Below, in pieces: positions 1 to 12,867 of a stretch of DNA of 64,000 nt (within the stretch, counting starts at the first letter, position 1; every line of letters begins with the position of its first letter). This DNA is from Eledone cirrhosa. Its lineage: Eukaryota. The notes below the pieces were generated by a model. That model did no database searches. It was not told the DNA's origin and saw nothing but the letters and a program-made list of their open reading frames with translations. The position numbers and the translations under genes were made by a program. The stretch is from contig OZ024744.1 in NCBI GenBank assembly GCA_964016885.1, positions 67,952,001-68,016,000 of the forward strand, in the 5' to 3' direction.

Positions 1-129
1 CGTGGACTGTGTGTTTTTTTTTCGTGACACTTACACGATCTCATTTGTTTCGCCCTGGATTTTGTGGCACCAACATAACTTTACATTGAAAGGGGCGGTG
101 TGGATGGGGTGGGAGTGGTGGGACGGGGT

Positions 130-420
130 GTATTTTGTTAGTGATGCCTACTGACTGTAGTAGGTTTTACTTTGTATTTAGGTAACGCGGGTCTTCTCTG
201 TTACTGAGTACCGCCAAAGGTCTCGGTCCAGTGACATTGTCTTGGAGAAGTGTAAGTGTGTGAGGTCGGAATTTATCAGCTCGTCCCAGGTTTTTCTGGG
301 TCTGCCTACTCCGTGGCTACCATCTATCTTTATTGCCCTGCACTTTGTTATACAGCTGTCGTCTTTCATGCGCATCACGTGACCATACCAACGTAGCCTT
401 CTCTCGAGTAAACAACATTT
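130..420 (-). mobile_element. RTE-clade LINE 3' fragment
   Basis: ERRLRWYGHVMRM...GRPRKTW motif. Highly similar to 61790-62090. Confidence 0.85.
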
Positions 421-492
421 ATATGTATCCATGCTAGCATAGAAAATGGACGTTAAACGATGATGATGATATGATGATATATATATATTTAT

Positions 493-600
493 AACGAAGG
501 AATTGTGGTGAGGAACCAGATGGACCATAACGCACAAGAGTACTCAATACTTAGGGTAGTAGAGTGGGTAATAGGAAAAAGTATGACATACTTTTTCCTA
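493..600. mobile_element. (TA)n-flanked fold-back element, short form (14-bp arms at 572-600 plus tail)
   Basis: taggaaaaagtatg-a-catactttttccta. Tail is near-identical to 28803-28890. Confidence 0.65.
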
Positions 601-955
601 TATATATATATATATATATATCAATAAATACCATTGTGTTTTCTAATTTCCTAGTGGTGGTAGTGTTAGTAGTGGCTTCAGTTGTAGTGGAGGTGGTGAC
701 AGTGCTGGTTGTGCTGGTAGAGACAAGCAGTTGGCAGGAATTGCTGTGATAGGGATGTAGGTGAACATGATGAACTCAGGAAACAGTAATCTTTTATATT
801 TGTCAATCTTAAAGTAATATCATATTTAAGAAATGATATTCTAAAATAAGAATAGCTTTTAGTTTATGTGGTCTTATAGATTTCATAATGTCTATCTTAT
901 TGGCATTTTACCATTCCTTATTTTGGTGCTGTAATAATGTAATAACAGTAATAAT

Positions 956-1506
956 CTTCTTCTTCTTCTTCTTCTTCTTCTTCTTCTTCTTCTTCTTCTT
1001 CTCCTCCTCCTCCTCCTTCTCCTCCTCCTTCTCCTCCTCCCCTCCTCCTCCTTCTTCTTCTTCTTCTTCTTCTTCTTCTTCTCCTCCTCCTCCTCCTCCT
1101 CCTCCTCCTCCCCCCTCCTTCTTCTTCTCCCCCCCCCCCCCCCTCCTCCCCCTCCTTCTTCTTCTTCTTCTTCTTCTTCTTCTTCTCCTTCTTCTTCTTC
1201 TTCTTCTTCTTCTTCTTCTTCTTCTTCTTCTTCTTCTTCTCCTCTTCCTCCTCCTCCTCCTCCTCCTCCTTCGTCTTCTTCTTCTTCTTCTTCTTCTTCT
1301 TCTTCTTCTTCTTCTCCTCCTCCTCCTCCTCCTCCTCCTCCTTCGTCTTCTTCTTCTTCTTCTTCTTCTTCTTCTTCTTCTTCTTCTTCTTCTTCTTCTT
1401 CTTCTCTCCTCCTCCTCCTCCTCCTTCTTCTTCTTCTTCTCCTCCTCCTCCTCATCCTCCTTCTTCTTCTCCTTCTTCTCCTTCTCCTTCTTCTTCTTCT
1501 TCTTCT
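956..1506. repeat. (CTT)n/(CCT)n polypyrimidine microsatellite
   Basis: Direct reading. Confidence 0.95.
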
Positions 1507-1849
1507 ATATGTTTATATATATGGTGTGGTATAGTCCTGTAACTCCTGGTATTGTTGTAGGGGCACCGAATTGATATACAGCATTCATTGAGTACATTTT
1601 AAGCCTGGCGGTGCCTCTCCCTCACCAGGCCTGAGTACAGCTAATTTCTTCAAGAGAGAAAGAGGAAATGAGAAACAGATATAGATGAAGAATCCATCCC
1701 AGTACTCGACTGGTACTTTTTTATTGACCTCGAAAGGATGAAAGGCAAAGTTGACCTCAGCAGAATTTGAACTCTGAGAGCAGAGATCTGGAATGAATAC
1801 CATAAAGCATTCTATCTGACGTTCTGACCAATCTGCCAATTTGCTGCCT

Positions 1850-1923
<74 letters not shown>

Positions 1924-2412
1924 GAATAATCGAGTATCGGAAAATCAGCTCACGAGTTTACGATAAACAAATCCGACATGAGTGGCAGAGGGCTCAATAA
2001 TTCAGATAAATCAGAGCTATAACTATCGTTAAAATACCAACACACAAAGATTATGCCTAAAATCACCCATGCAGCCGAAAAATAACGACCAGGAAGATTC
2101 GGGTCACTCAGATAAAATATCAATAAATCAATAATTTATATGAATGTAAAAACTTACCCGGACCCGCTAGAAAGATGGTAAATCTAGCTTCTTGGGTTTC
2201 TGCAATTCCTTAATCCGCCCCCTATCAGCCCACATAAAAATATATAAGACTTCTAGGGAGCGGATGGACCGGAACACTTTATCAACGGGTTATGTCCAAA
2301 CGAATAAAGAAGCTAACTTTAGCGAGAACGCACATGGAGTCCAGCAAGGGAGTATATTATGGAATACTGTTGGCTTCTTGCTACAATAATTTCTATACTT
2401 TTCATTTATATA

Positions 2413-2666
2413 TATATATATATGAATGTATATATAGTGTATTTTGCAATACACTGTATGCTTAATTAAAAGCATTTCGAAGACCTTATGCTATTGTTTT
2501 AGAGTAGTGACAGTCTCACTTACTTTAATTTTCAGCAAGTTTGCTGAAAATTAAAGTAAGTGAGACTGTCACTACTCTAAAACAATAGCATAAGGTCTTC
2601 GAAATGCTTTTAATTAAGCATACAGTGTATTGCAAAATACACTATATATACATTCATATATATATA
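2413..2666. repeat. Perfect ~126-bp-arm palindrome with a 2-nt loop at 2539-2540
   Basis: Arms read as exact reverse complements around ttcagcaa-gt-ttgctgaa. TA-rich flanks. Confidence 0.9.
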
Positions 2667-2714
2667 GCTATTTCAGAGCACCAATTCTAATATATATATA
2701 TGTATATATATATG

Positions 2715-2745
<31 letters not shown>

Positions 2746-3904
2746 GTATTTGTTTTGCAAGGTTTTTGATATGAAATCGTGTGTCGAAAAAAATATTGTT
2801 ATACTTGGGGAGGGTCATATTGTTATATATTGTTATAATATTGCCAGAAATAATGACAGAACACACTCAATTTGATTTGGATTGGTTTTTGCTCCTTATC
2901 TTTTATATCTCCATAGTTAATTTATTTGGCAATCAATATTTATCATTGATTGACCAACGGTTAAAAATACAGATATAAATATATATATATAGTATATCCA
3001 AGTTCTTTCATCACACATCTGCGACATTATCAGTGGTACTATATGTTACCTCCCATTGTATTGTAAAGTCTACGCCATTTTTATTTTATTTATTTATTTA
3101 TTTATTCTTGTCTCTGTTTCTGCGCAGCATTTGCGTGAGTGTTTATTGTTTGGTGTATGTGTTCGCGTTTGAGTGTATGTGTTTTTGTTTTTGTATTCTA
3201 TCTTTGTTCACTAGTGTGTGTTTATATGTGTTTGTTGTTATTGTACTTGTGTATCATCATCATCATCATCAACATTTCACGTCTGATTTTCCCTGCTTGC
3301 AAGGGTGAGACGGGAACTGATTCTGGCTTGATTTCTACAGCTGGATGCCTTTCCTAACACCAACCTCATTTACAGTGAGTGCTGGGTACTTTTTTCCCGT
3401 GGCACCTCCATGACCACTTTGCAGTGGAATGATAGGGACCCCAGTCCTATCATCTCATTTCTACAGCTGATTAAACTGGAGCAATGTGAAATAGTGTCTT
3501 GCTCAAGGAAACAACACATCACCCGGTCTGAGAAATATTTATTTATTTATTTATTTACTTACTTATTTATTTACATTTCCCTTAAGTCAGTATTGTTTGT
3601 TTAGGTATGGTTGTTGTTGTTATTCCATTCGTTCTTTCTGTTCAACTTCAGTCTTCTTAGTTCTATTTCAGTTGTTTCTCTGATTTGTCTACCTGTTGAG
3701 TCATTTCTATGTTTAGATATTATTTTAATTTCTGTGTTGTTTATATTACTGTCATGTCTTTGTCTGGCGTGTTCATTTAGTACTGAACCGTTTTTTTGGG
3801 GGGAGGGGGGGTCCTTTTAGTTCCCCCCAGTGGGGTCTATTTAATCAACTTTCCCCTCTCCCCAAATTACTGGCCTTGTGCCTGTACTAGAAATCATTAT
3901 TAAT

Positions 3905-4090
3905 GGTGGATTGGCAGTATTCGTAGAGGGTCGGACGCCATGCTTTGGCGCATAGAGTTACGGCCCTTGCCATTCTGAGTTCAAATCCCGCCGAGGTTAA
4001 CTTTGCCTTTCATCCTTATGGGGTCGATAAAATAAAGTACCAGTAATACATTGGGTAATAGCTGGCCTTGTGCCAAAAGAAGAAACAATT
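3905..4090 (+). mobile_element. tRNA-derived SINE, family A (representative; about 20 copies or fragments in the window)
   Basis: A-box-like tggcagtattcgtag, B-box gagttcaaatcc and core gcctttcatccttatggggtcgataaaataaagtaccag (Deu/Nin-domain-like). Copies at e.g. 6160, 8950, 9146, 11040, 11300, 11516, 15397, 31740(-), 34035(-), 36005(-), 49170, 57590 and 62783. Confidence 0.85.
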
Positions 4091-4212
4091 ATTATAACAT
4101 ATCATATATATATATATATACATATATATGTGTGTGTGTGTGTGTGTATGTATGTATGGATATATATATCTTTATACGCCATCTCACTCTTCTTTTTTTT
4201 GTGTATATACAG

Positions 4213-4307
4213 AAGATGCTTCAAACAATTTCCGGTCACCCACCAACAGTCGAAACACATCCCGAACTGCATCTCCAAGACCAAGGAGGAAGGCCTTGTC
4301 AGAAAGT
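4213..4307 (+). CDS. DCLK: DCLK-like kinase, first exon visible in window (Ser/Pro-rich linker: (E)DASNNFRSPTNSRNTSRTASPRPRRKALSES)
   Basis: Polypyrimidine tract plus ag acceptor at 4211-4212 and gtaagt donor at 4308. Phase 1 to 0 fits the next exon. S/P/R-rich like the DCLK linker. Confidence 0.75.
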
Positions 4308-4367
4308 GTAAGTAGGTGAATAATGATTACATGCAAACACACACATATACACATACACACACGCACG

Positions 4368-4475
<108 letters not shown>

Positions 4476-4573
4476 TACTGATTGTTAATTTCTACTTCAT
4501 CTAATCTATTTCTTCACTGAAACACATGACTATAATATAATCTTTGTGAAGGCAAATGGCTAAGTGGTTAGAG

Positions 4574-4866
4574 CAGAGGTCCCCAACCCTGGATCATTTG
4601 TTACCAGACCGCAAAGAAATATTTAACTTGCTTAAAATTATATGATAGATAAATTGAATATTGGACTTTAATTTTAAAAAGATTTATTTAAATATATAAA
4701 TTCATATACTCAATACACTTTTTCTTCCCTTTAATACATTTGTCTTTTTATTATTGCTCTCTTTATTGAAATGCACTTAAATAACACATATGTGCACCTA
4801 CCGGTTCTCGGAAAGATTGTCCGACATGAAGCTAGTCCGTGGTATAAAAAAGGTTGGATATCACTA
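4574..4866. mobile_element. hAT-like MITE inserted into a tRNA-derived SINE
   Basis: 8-bp target duplication ggttagag at 4566-4573 and 4867-4874. Termini cagaggtccccaacc / ggttggatatcacta. Confidence 0.8.
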
Positions 4867-5514
4867 GGTTAGAGCATTGGGCTTGCCATCAAGAGCTTGT
4901 GAGTTAGAATTCTGGACCAGTAATGAGTTGTGTCCTTGAACAAAACACTTTATTTCAAATTACTCCAATTTACTCAGCTGTAAAAATGAGTTACTACCTC
5001 ACTGGTGCCAAGCTGTGTCGTCCATTGCCTTTCCCTTGGACAACATTGGTGGTGTAGATATTTATGCAGGTGTAGTGAGCCATGTATATTCTAGCCATTA
5101 GAAAAAGCAAAATGCATATTTCACCTTCTTTCGAAGGTGAAGCATTGATTTTGCTTTTTCTAAGAGATCAGAGACTACATAGAATGGAGAATTCCCTAAG
5201 CCTGTAATGGTCAAGCTAAACCTTTCCCAACAAGTTGGACTGTCTCTTTCAGTGCATATCCCTCCCATCTTTTGAGTGTGATACATTCACCATGCTATCT
5301 GCCATAATCATGAAGCAAAATCTATTTGATGCATAATTTATCTAGTTGATTGCATGCTACTATATGTGATAGTTGGAGAATTGAAGAGAGCAAACAGCCT
5401 TGTCTCATTCTCCAACCGAGGTTCTGAACCAGTCCCCCAATGCTGCTGTTTAAGTAGACCGCATCTCCAATGAGGAGGTGCAAAACAGAATTTGGTAAGT
5501 TATTGGGTGCTATG

Positions 5515-5765
5515 AAGACCTGCTGACCATTGTAAAACAATGCAAATCGAGATGGTGCGGGCACGTGACAAGATCTTCAGGGCTTGCCAAGACTGTCCTG
5601 CAGGGAGCAATACAAGGAGGGAGGAAGAGAGGCAGACAGAGAAGGAGATCAGTGCAACCATGAGGAGGATAGATCGGTGAGAGGAATGGAAGGATCTGGT
5701 TGTCAGGTCATCTGCGGTACCTCAACTTATCCACCAGACTACAGTACAGATGATATGATGAGATA
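5515..5765 (+). mobile_element. RTE-like LINE 3' fragment (second family)
   Basis: RWCGHVTRSSGLAKTVLQGAIQGGRKRGRQR-like translation. Confidence 0.65.
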
Positions 5766-5929
5766 AGATAAGTGATAGTGAAGAATAAGGTGACAGAACT
5801 TCTGTAAGACACAGATAAAACATGTCAAATGACCCTCTGTGACACTTTTCTGTTATTGTTTTGAACTGTTCTTTCTTTCCATCTAAGACTCATGTTTTCA
5901 AGAATCTTATGTATTTTTTTCTTTTTCAG

Positions 5930-5960
5930 GACAAGACATGTCTTAATGGTCAATCAGAAG
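5930..5960 (+). CDS. DCLK: DCLK 31-nt micro-exon (DKTCLNGQSE)
   Basis: tttttttctttttcag acceptor and AG|gtaaac donor. Phase 0 to 1 exactly bridges the flanking exons. Confidence 0.7.
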
Positions 5961-7541
5961 GTAAACTTAAAATGTTTCTCTATTTAAAAAATAAGGTTTC
6001 GACAATTTTGTTTTCTATTCTATTGTGGCCATTATGCCTGTTGTTGAACTATTTGTTAGTTTTCTCATATATTTTTTAAACAGTCTATCTATTTCTCACT
6101 CACTAGTCGAGTTTCCTTGATCCAATGAACAGTACTCTTTTCACTTGTCTTGATCTAGCATGGCAGTATCGGTAGAGAGTCGGACACCATGCTTTGAAGC
6201 ATAGAGTTACGTCCCTTTATGATCTGAGTTCAAATCCCGCCGAGGTTAACTTTGCCTTTCATCCTTACAGGGTCGATAAAATAAAGTACCAGTAATGCAC
6301 TGGGTAATTGCTGGCCTTGTGCCAAATGTAGAAACAATTATCATTCCAAGGTCCTTAACTTTTCCACCCGTCTCAGCACTAGCATATCCAGATATGTTAT
6401 TGCAGGACAACCTCTACTTCTATGACTGAGTGCAATCTTCCATAAAAGAACATGGATGACACACTCGTTTTTTGCCCTGTAACAATGTCCCTCAAAATGG
6501 GAGGACTATCTAGAAAGAGTTCTCCATTTGTGACTCTCTGTTGCCAAGATATGTTGAAAGCATGTCTCAGGAGTGTTATGTAACATCCGTGTAGAAGTGC
6601 ATAAACATAAATATTGGTATCTGTATTAAGTCTATTGACACTCTGTCTCAATCTCATGACTCTACCATAGTCAAACATTTAATTTACCCTGAGTTTATTT
6701 TGAATGGTACAGCATTATTGGAAATTAGTAATTTCGATTGGTTGTTTTACACTGAGACTCAATATTGAACAACCAATCAAAATTGTTCAATTTTTAATAT
6801 AATTTTCTGAGACCATTCTAAAATTTAAAATAATATTCATTAAGTTTTCATAATTAATTATATAAATAATGAAAAAAGGGGGGAAAGGGGTAAAGAAGGA
6901 CAGATCTAGTTGTATAGGAAAGTAAATGCCATAAATGAGAAGAAAAGGAGGGGAAAAGCAAGGACTACTAGGCCATGGAAGGAAGAGGGGGAAGGGGAGA
7001 GGGAGACAGACTCTATGCCTAGGTTGGGGCAGTGTTATGGCAGCCCCCCCCCCCCCCCCCCTCCACGGACAAACTGCAAAGGCATTTCTGTGGACAATGG
7101 CTAATGACACCTGTTGCAACAGTATTATTTATGTTTAACTTCATCTGATAAATCCAATCTCTAATGATTATTTACCATATATAATAGTGAAGGCATGTGG
7201 CTTAGTGATTAGGGAATTGGATTCGCAAGTGTGAGGTTGCAAGTTCAATTCCTGGAACAGGTGATGCATTATGTCCTTGAGCAAGACGCTTTATTTCATA
7301 TTGTTCTTTCTGTCTGGAGTTGTGACCAGTAGATATTATAAGCAATTGAAAGACCAATAGAAACATTGTTTCCTTTATCCAATTTTGTAAGTCTAACCCA
7401 ACTAGATCAATAAATGAGGTTTGGGATGTTGTCAATCAATTTAAAAAGAAGAAAAAGTAGGGAAAACCATATATAATAACCATACATAAATTAACATATA
7501 TTATTTTTTGTTTATTTTCTCTTTTGGTTTTATTTTATCAG

Positions 7542-7641
7542 AAATAATACAGAATTATCCTATAGCATTAACCAATAAATATGGAATCCGACGTCTTATT
7601 GGTGAAGGAAACTTTGCAGTTGTTCGTGAATGTTGGTCTAG
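7542..7641 (+). CDS. DCLK: DCLK kinase exon, subdomain I (EIIQNYPIALTNKYGIRRLIGEGNFAVVRECWSR)
   Basis: IGEGNFAVVREC matches the DCLK Gly-rich loop IGDGNFAVVKEC. ag/gtaagg splice sites. Confidence 0.95.
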
Positions 7642-7688
7642 GTAAGGGATTCTTCATAAAAAATACAGGTGTAATCTCATTTGTTTAA

Positions 7689-7937
7689 CCCTTTAGCACT
7701 TACATTACTTTATATATACTATTGTATATATATATATATACTATTCACATAATATCAAATTTACAAGATTTTGATATTTTATTTTGAGAACAATCATCAT
7801 CATCACCATTTTACGTCGGTTCTTCAACGCCAGCATGGGTTAACTTAACATAATTATGAGCAGCTGGTTACAGCCGGTTTGAACAGAAAGAGGTAAGAGA
7901 ATTCTGGCCGGATATGGCCAGTTTAAATACTAAAGGG
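7689..7937. mobile_element. piggyBac-like MITE
   Basis: TTAA|ccctttag ... ctaaaggg|TTAA. Family copies at 38227-38408 and 57092-57415; degenerate copies at ~20605-20815 and ~38032-38165. Confidence 0.75.
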
Positions 7938-8079
7938 TTAAACAATGCACCTCATTGAGGGATGCCATGTGGTTGTAAAGCAAATTTCTTAGCCACACAA
8001 CTATGCCTGCACCTGTGTTAAAATTCATTCATCTAAAGGGGAACAACTTCCATGTCCCAAGAAAGAATGTCATGTGCAG

Positions 8080-8390
8080 AGAAAAATCAAGGTGACTATG
8101 GAGATGTTATGCATCATGGATATCCATTATAAGGTCAAGCAGTTACAAAGGAGTATTATCAGGAAGTTCTCCAACATCTTCATGATGCAGTTCAATATAA
8201 GAGACCAGATCTGTGAGCTTCACAATATTGTCAGAGTTGCATCATAACAATGTTTTTTCTCAGCTGGTCCATCCAAGGTTTCTTGGCAAATAAATGACCT
8301 TTCAATCATTCACTAGGCTCCCTATTCTCCAGACATGGTTCCTTCTGGCTTCTTCTGGTTGTTAACAAAAATACAGATCCCACTGAACTT
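8080..8390 (+). pseudogene. Mariner transposase remnant
   Basis: Fragments VTKEYYQEVLQHLHDAVQYKRPDL, LHHNN and APYSPDMVPSGFF (YSPDLAP motif), with stops and frameshifts. Confidence 0.7.
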
Positions 8391-8849
8391 TTTTGAAACA
8401 CCATCGCTACCACTTCTTACGGTGGACTGGGTGAATATGGCATGTCACCAGCATCACACACACACATACACACACACACACATGCACACACACACACACA
8501 CAGAAACACTCACATACACACACACGTACACACACACACATACACACACACACATACACACACATACATATATATACACCTCACCTCGCTTCTAAATGTT
8601 ATCTCTTAATATCACTTTTATTTTTCTTCCTTTCTTAAATTTTACACTTTATTTTTTTCCATTTATAAACCAACATTTAGTTTTTAAATTTAATTATCAA
8701 ATTTCAATCAGATTTCATTTTTATCAATTAGGTTTCCTCATTTTGAATAAACAAAAACTACAAATAATAATTTAATTATAATAATTGGAATAATTTTATT
8801 TATTTAATGTTTATCTATTTATTTTTTCTGTGTGTTTTTATCTTTAAAG

Positions 8850-8907
8850 ATCAACAAATACAAGATATGCTCTGAAAATTATCGACAAGACAAAATGTTT
8901 AGGAAAT
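8850..8907 (+). CDS. DCLK: DCLK kinase exon, subdomain II (STNTRYALKIIDKTKCLGN)
   Basis: ALKIIDK catalytic Lys motif as in DCLK1/2. aag/gtaagt splice sites, phase 2 to 0. Confidence 0.95.
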
Positions 8908-9472
8908 GTAAGTAATAAACACATTTCATTATTTCTATTTTTACAAGGGTTAGTGGTTTGGCAGAATCGGTAGAGGGTCGGACGCCATGCTTTCCAGCAT
9001 AGAGTTACCTCCCTTTATGATCTGAGTTCAAATCCCGCCGAGGTTAACTTTGCCTTTCAACCTTACGGGGTCGATAAAATAAAGTACCAGTAATGTACTG
9101 GGGTAATTGCTGGCCTTGTGCCAAAAATAGAAACAATTATTTCTAAGGCGGTGGATTCGCAGAATCGGTAGAGGGTCAGACGCCATGCTTTGACTCAAAG
9201 AGTTACAGCCCTTGCCATTCTTAGTTCAAATCCCGCCGAGGTTAGCTTTGCCTTTCATCCTTACAGGGTCGATAAAATAAAGTACCAGTAATACACTGGG
9301 TAATTGCTGGCCTTATGCCAAAAGTAGAAACAATTATTTCTATTTTTACAAAGAAATAATTATCATTAAAAAGAAACAATTATTATTAAAAAGAAATAAT
9401 TATTTCTATTTTTAATCGACTTTCCCCTCCTCCCAAAAATCGGTAGCCTTGTGTTTAAATCAGAAACCATTA

Positions 9473-10480
9473 CAGTAAGTCCTCAACTTACAAACGAGTT
9501 CGTTAGTTGATTTGTTTGTAAGTTGATCATCTAACACAGTACGTACCAGTAAGTCCATATGTTACATTGATACTGAAGGTTTCTATATGAGTGATGCAGT
9601 ATATAGAAGTATATATAACATGTAATATAGAGGTATATATAACATGTAATATAGAGGTATATATAACATGTAATATAGAGGTATATATAACATGTAATAT
9701 AGAGGTATATATATAACAGTATATAGAGGTATATATACAGTATATATAGGTATATATACAGTATGTAGAGGTATAGATATATAGTATATAGAGGTATATA
9801 TAACAGTATATAAAGGTATATATAACAGTATATAGAGGTATATATAACAGTATATAGAGGTATTTATAACAGTATATAGAGGTATATATAACAGTATATA
9901 GAGGTATATATACAGTATATAGAGGTATATATACAGTATATAGAGGTATATATATAACAGTATATAGAGGTATATATACAGTATATAGAGGTATATATAC
10001 AGTATATAGAGGTATATATAACAGTATATAGAGGTATATATAACAGTATATAGAGGTATATATACAGTATATAGAGGTATATATACAGTATATAGCGGTA
10101 TGTATACAGTATATTGAGGTATATATAACAGTATATAGAGGTATATATAACAGTATATAGAGGTATATATAACAGTATATAGAGGTATATATACAGTATA
10201 TAGACGTATATATACAGTATATAGAGGTATATATAACAGTATATAGAGGTATATATACAGTATATAGCGGTATGTATACAGTATATTGAGGTATATATAT
10301 AGTATATAGAGGTATATATAACATGTAATATAGAGGTATATATATAACAGCATATAGAGCTATATATAACAGTATATAGAGGTATATATACAGTATATAG
10401 AGGTATATATACAGTATATAGAGGTATATATATACAGTATATAGAGGTATATATACAGTATATAGAGATATATATAACAG

Positions 10481-10511
<31 letters not shown>

Positions 10512-10551
10512 TATATAGAGGTATATATACAGTATATAGAGATATATATAA

Positions 10552-10605
<54 letters not shown>

Positions 10606-10898
10606 TATATAGAGGTATATATATAACATGTAATAATGAATTTAATAACTGTAAAGTTAACGACAATAAATTGTTAAAGAAAATAAGTACTTTGTCAATT
10701 CTGCGAAACCAGAATGGAATCCCATACCATAGGTACGTTTTCAGCTTGTTTTTATGCTGCAAAAGAAGGAACCCAGGGCCCGAAAGAGCTCACAAAAACA
10801 CAAATTTCAAACACAGACAAAAAGTTTTTCTCCATAATACTGTACATATCTGTGTCATAAGTTCGTAAATAGGGATTTGTAAGATGGGGGACTTACTG
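9473..10898. mobile_element. Tigger/pogo-like MITE expanded by an internal minisatellite
   Basis: TA|cagtaagtcctcaacttacaaa ... tttgtaagatgggggacttactg|TA. Confidence 0.7.
9597..10635. repeat. AT-rich minisatellite, ~21-25-bp unit (acagtatatagaggtatatat[at]a)
   Basis: Tandem units visible directly. Source of the spurious YIPLYTV ORFs. Confidence 0.95.
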
Positions 10899-12527
10899 TA
10901 TTTCTATTTAAGGGTGGAAGGATGAAAGGCAATGTTAATCCCTTAGCTGGGTATGAAACCAGAACTTTGAAAGTTTCAGAAACTAAATATTACAATTCGT
11001 CTCATCTGACACACTAATGATTCTGTCAATCCACAGCCCTTGGTAGAATCGGTAGTGTGCCGGACAACATATTTTGTGGCATATATTTACGTCCCTTTAC
11101 ATTCTGAGTTCAAATCCTGCCGAGGTTAGCTTTACTTTTCATCCTTAAGTGGTCGATAAAATAAAGTACCAGTAATGTACTAGGATCAATTTAATCAACT
11201 TTCCCCTCCTCCAAAAATTGTTGGCCTTGTGTCTAAATCAGAAATCATTATATAATTCATCTCATCTGACACACTAATGATGATGTCAATCCACGGTTCT
11301 TTGGTAGAATCAGTAGAGCATCGGACAACATACTTTGTGGCATATACTTACGTCGTTTTACGTTATGAGTTCAAATCTCGACGAGGTAAATTTTACCATT
11401 CATCCTTATGAGGTCGATAAAATAAAGTACCAGTAATGCTCTGGGGTAGATTTAATGGACCTCCCCTAAAATTGCTGACCTTGTGCCAAAATCAGAAACC
11501 ATTATTATTATTATTGGCAGTGGATTTCCAGTATCGGTAAAGTGTTGGACAACATACTTTGTGGCATTTAGATACCTCCCTTTACGTTCTGAGTTCTGAG
11601 TTCAAATCCCAATGAGGTTAGCTTTGCCTTTCATCCTAATAAAATAAAGCACCAGTAATGCACTGGAGGTTGACTTAAGCAACTTTCCCCCCTCCTCCCC
11701 AAAATTGTTGGCCTTGTGCCTAAATTAGAAATCATTATTGTTGTTCTTCTTGTTATATGAAACTATTCTATGCTGCAAAATCACATCTCAATCCATTCAT
11801 GAATGGGATGCTTTGATCTAAAATCAATCATTCCATATTTACATTGTCTACCTCCTCATCTTACATTTTCCCAAAACATTTTGATGTGTTCTATGGACAG
11901 GTGCCAAAGCAAATTGTTATATTGATAAAGTCAGATTTAAAATGGTTGCACTGTGAAGACAGTGTAGCACTTAGAGATTTATTTAGCTTTATACATACAT
12001 ACATACATACATACATACATACATACATACATACATACATACATCATCATCATCATCATCATCATTATTTTACGTCCGTTTTTCCCTGCTTGCAAGGGTG
12101 GGATGGATCCTATTCAGCATCTTTCCACTTCTCATGGTCCTTCGTCATCTCCTTCATGAGCTTGGATGATCTGAGGTCCACTCTCACCACCTCCGCCCAT
12201 GTGTTTTTCGTGGTCTTCCTCTACTGCGTCTTCCTTCTACTGGCATTTCTTGGCACTTCTTTACCCAGACGTATATTATTATTGTCTGTAATCCAGAAAC
12301 GTTTGGTAATGGAGTAGTTATATTTTGTGTTGTTCAATTTCTAATTAAATAGCTCTGTTCTATACATAGAGCACTCTTTTTTCATTTGCTTTTCCTTCGG
12401 AATTACCTAACACACATATATATATATATATATATAGTAATAATAATAAATTTGAAGACTAAAATCTAAAGAGGGCTCGATAAGGATAAATATATATCAA
12501 ATATATAAGAACCGTAGAGAAAATATT

Positions 12528-12646
12528 TATTAAAATAACAGATTAAAGTTTAAGCAAAGAATCGCTGCTTTCACCCTTAATGGGATCTTCAGAAGATCCC
12601 GTTAAGGGTGAAAGCAGCGATTCTTTGCTTAAACTTTAATCTGTTA

Positions 12647-12654
<8 letters not shown>
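12528..12654. mobile_element. Fold-back element, 63-bp arms, 1-nt loop, hammerhead-like core on the minus strand
   Basis: Centre gggatcttc-a-gaagatccc. Minus strand reads CTGAAGA t ccc attaa ggg t GAA AGCA..TGCT T. Followed by (TA)n. Confidence 0.75.
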
Positions 12655-12703
<49 letters not shown>

Positions 12704-12867
12704 TTTGTTTTCCTTTCTTTTATTCGTCAAAGTGACATTATTGAAAAATTGAGAAAGAAAATTCTTTTAAAAAAGGGTTTTTTCTGTGCTATTTCCAATT
12801 TCACCTCTGCTCTATAACCATTGTTTTGTATAGAACCTTACTCCCTTTTCAAATATATATATATAAA

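Noticed and set aside
888-1574. Poly-Leu/Glu/Arg ORFs
   Set aside because: (CTT/CCT)n microsatellite.
9527-10762. 411-aa Tyr/Ile-rich ORF
   Set aside because: Translation of an AT-rich minisatellite inside a MITE.
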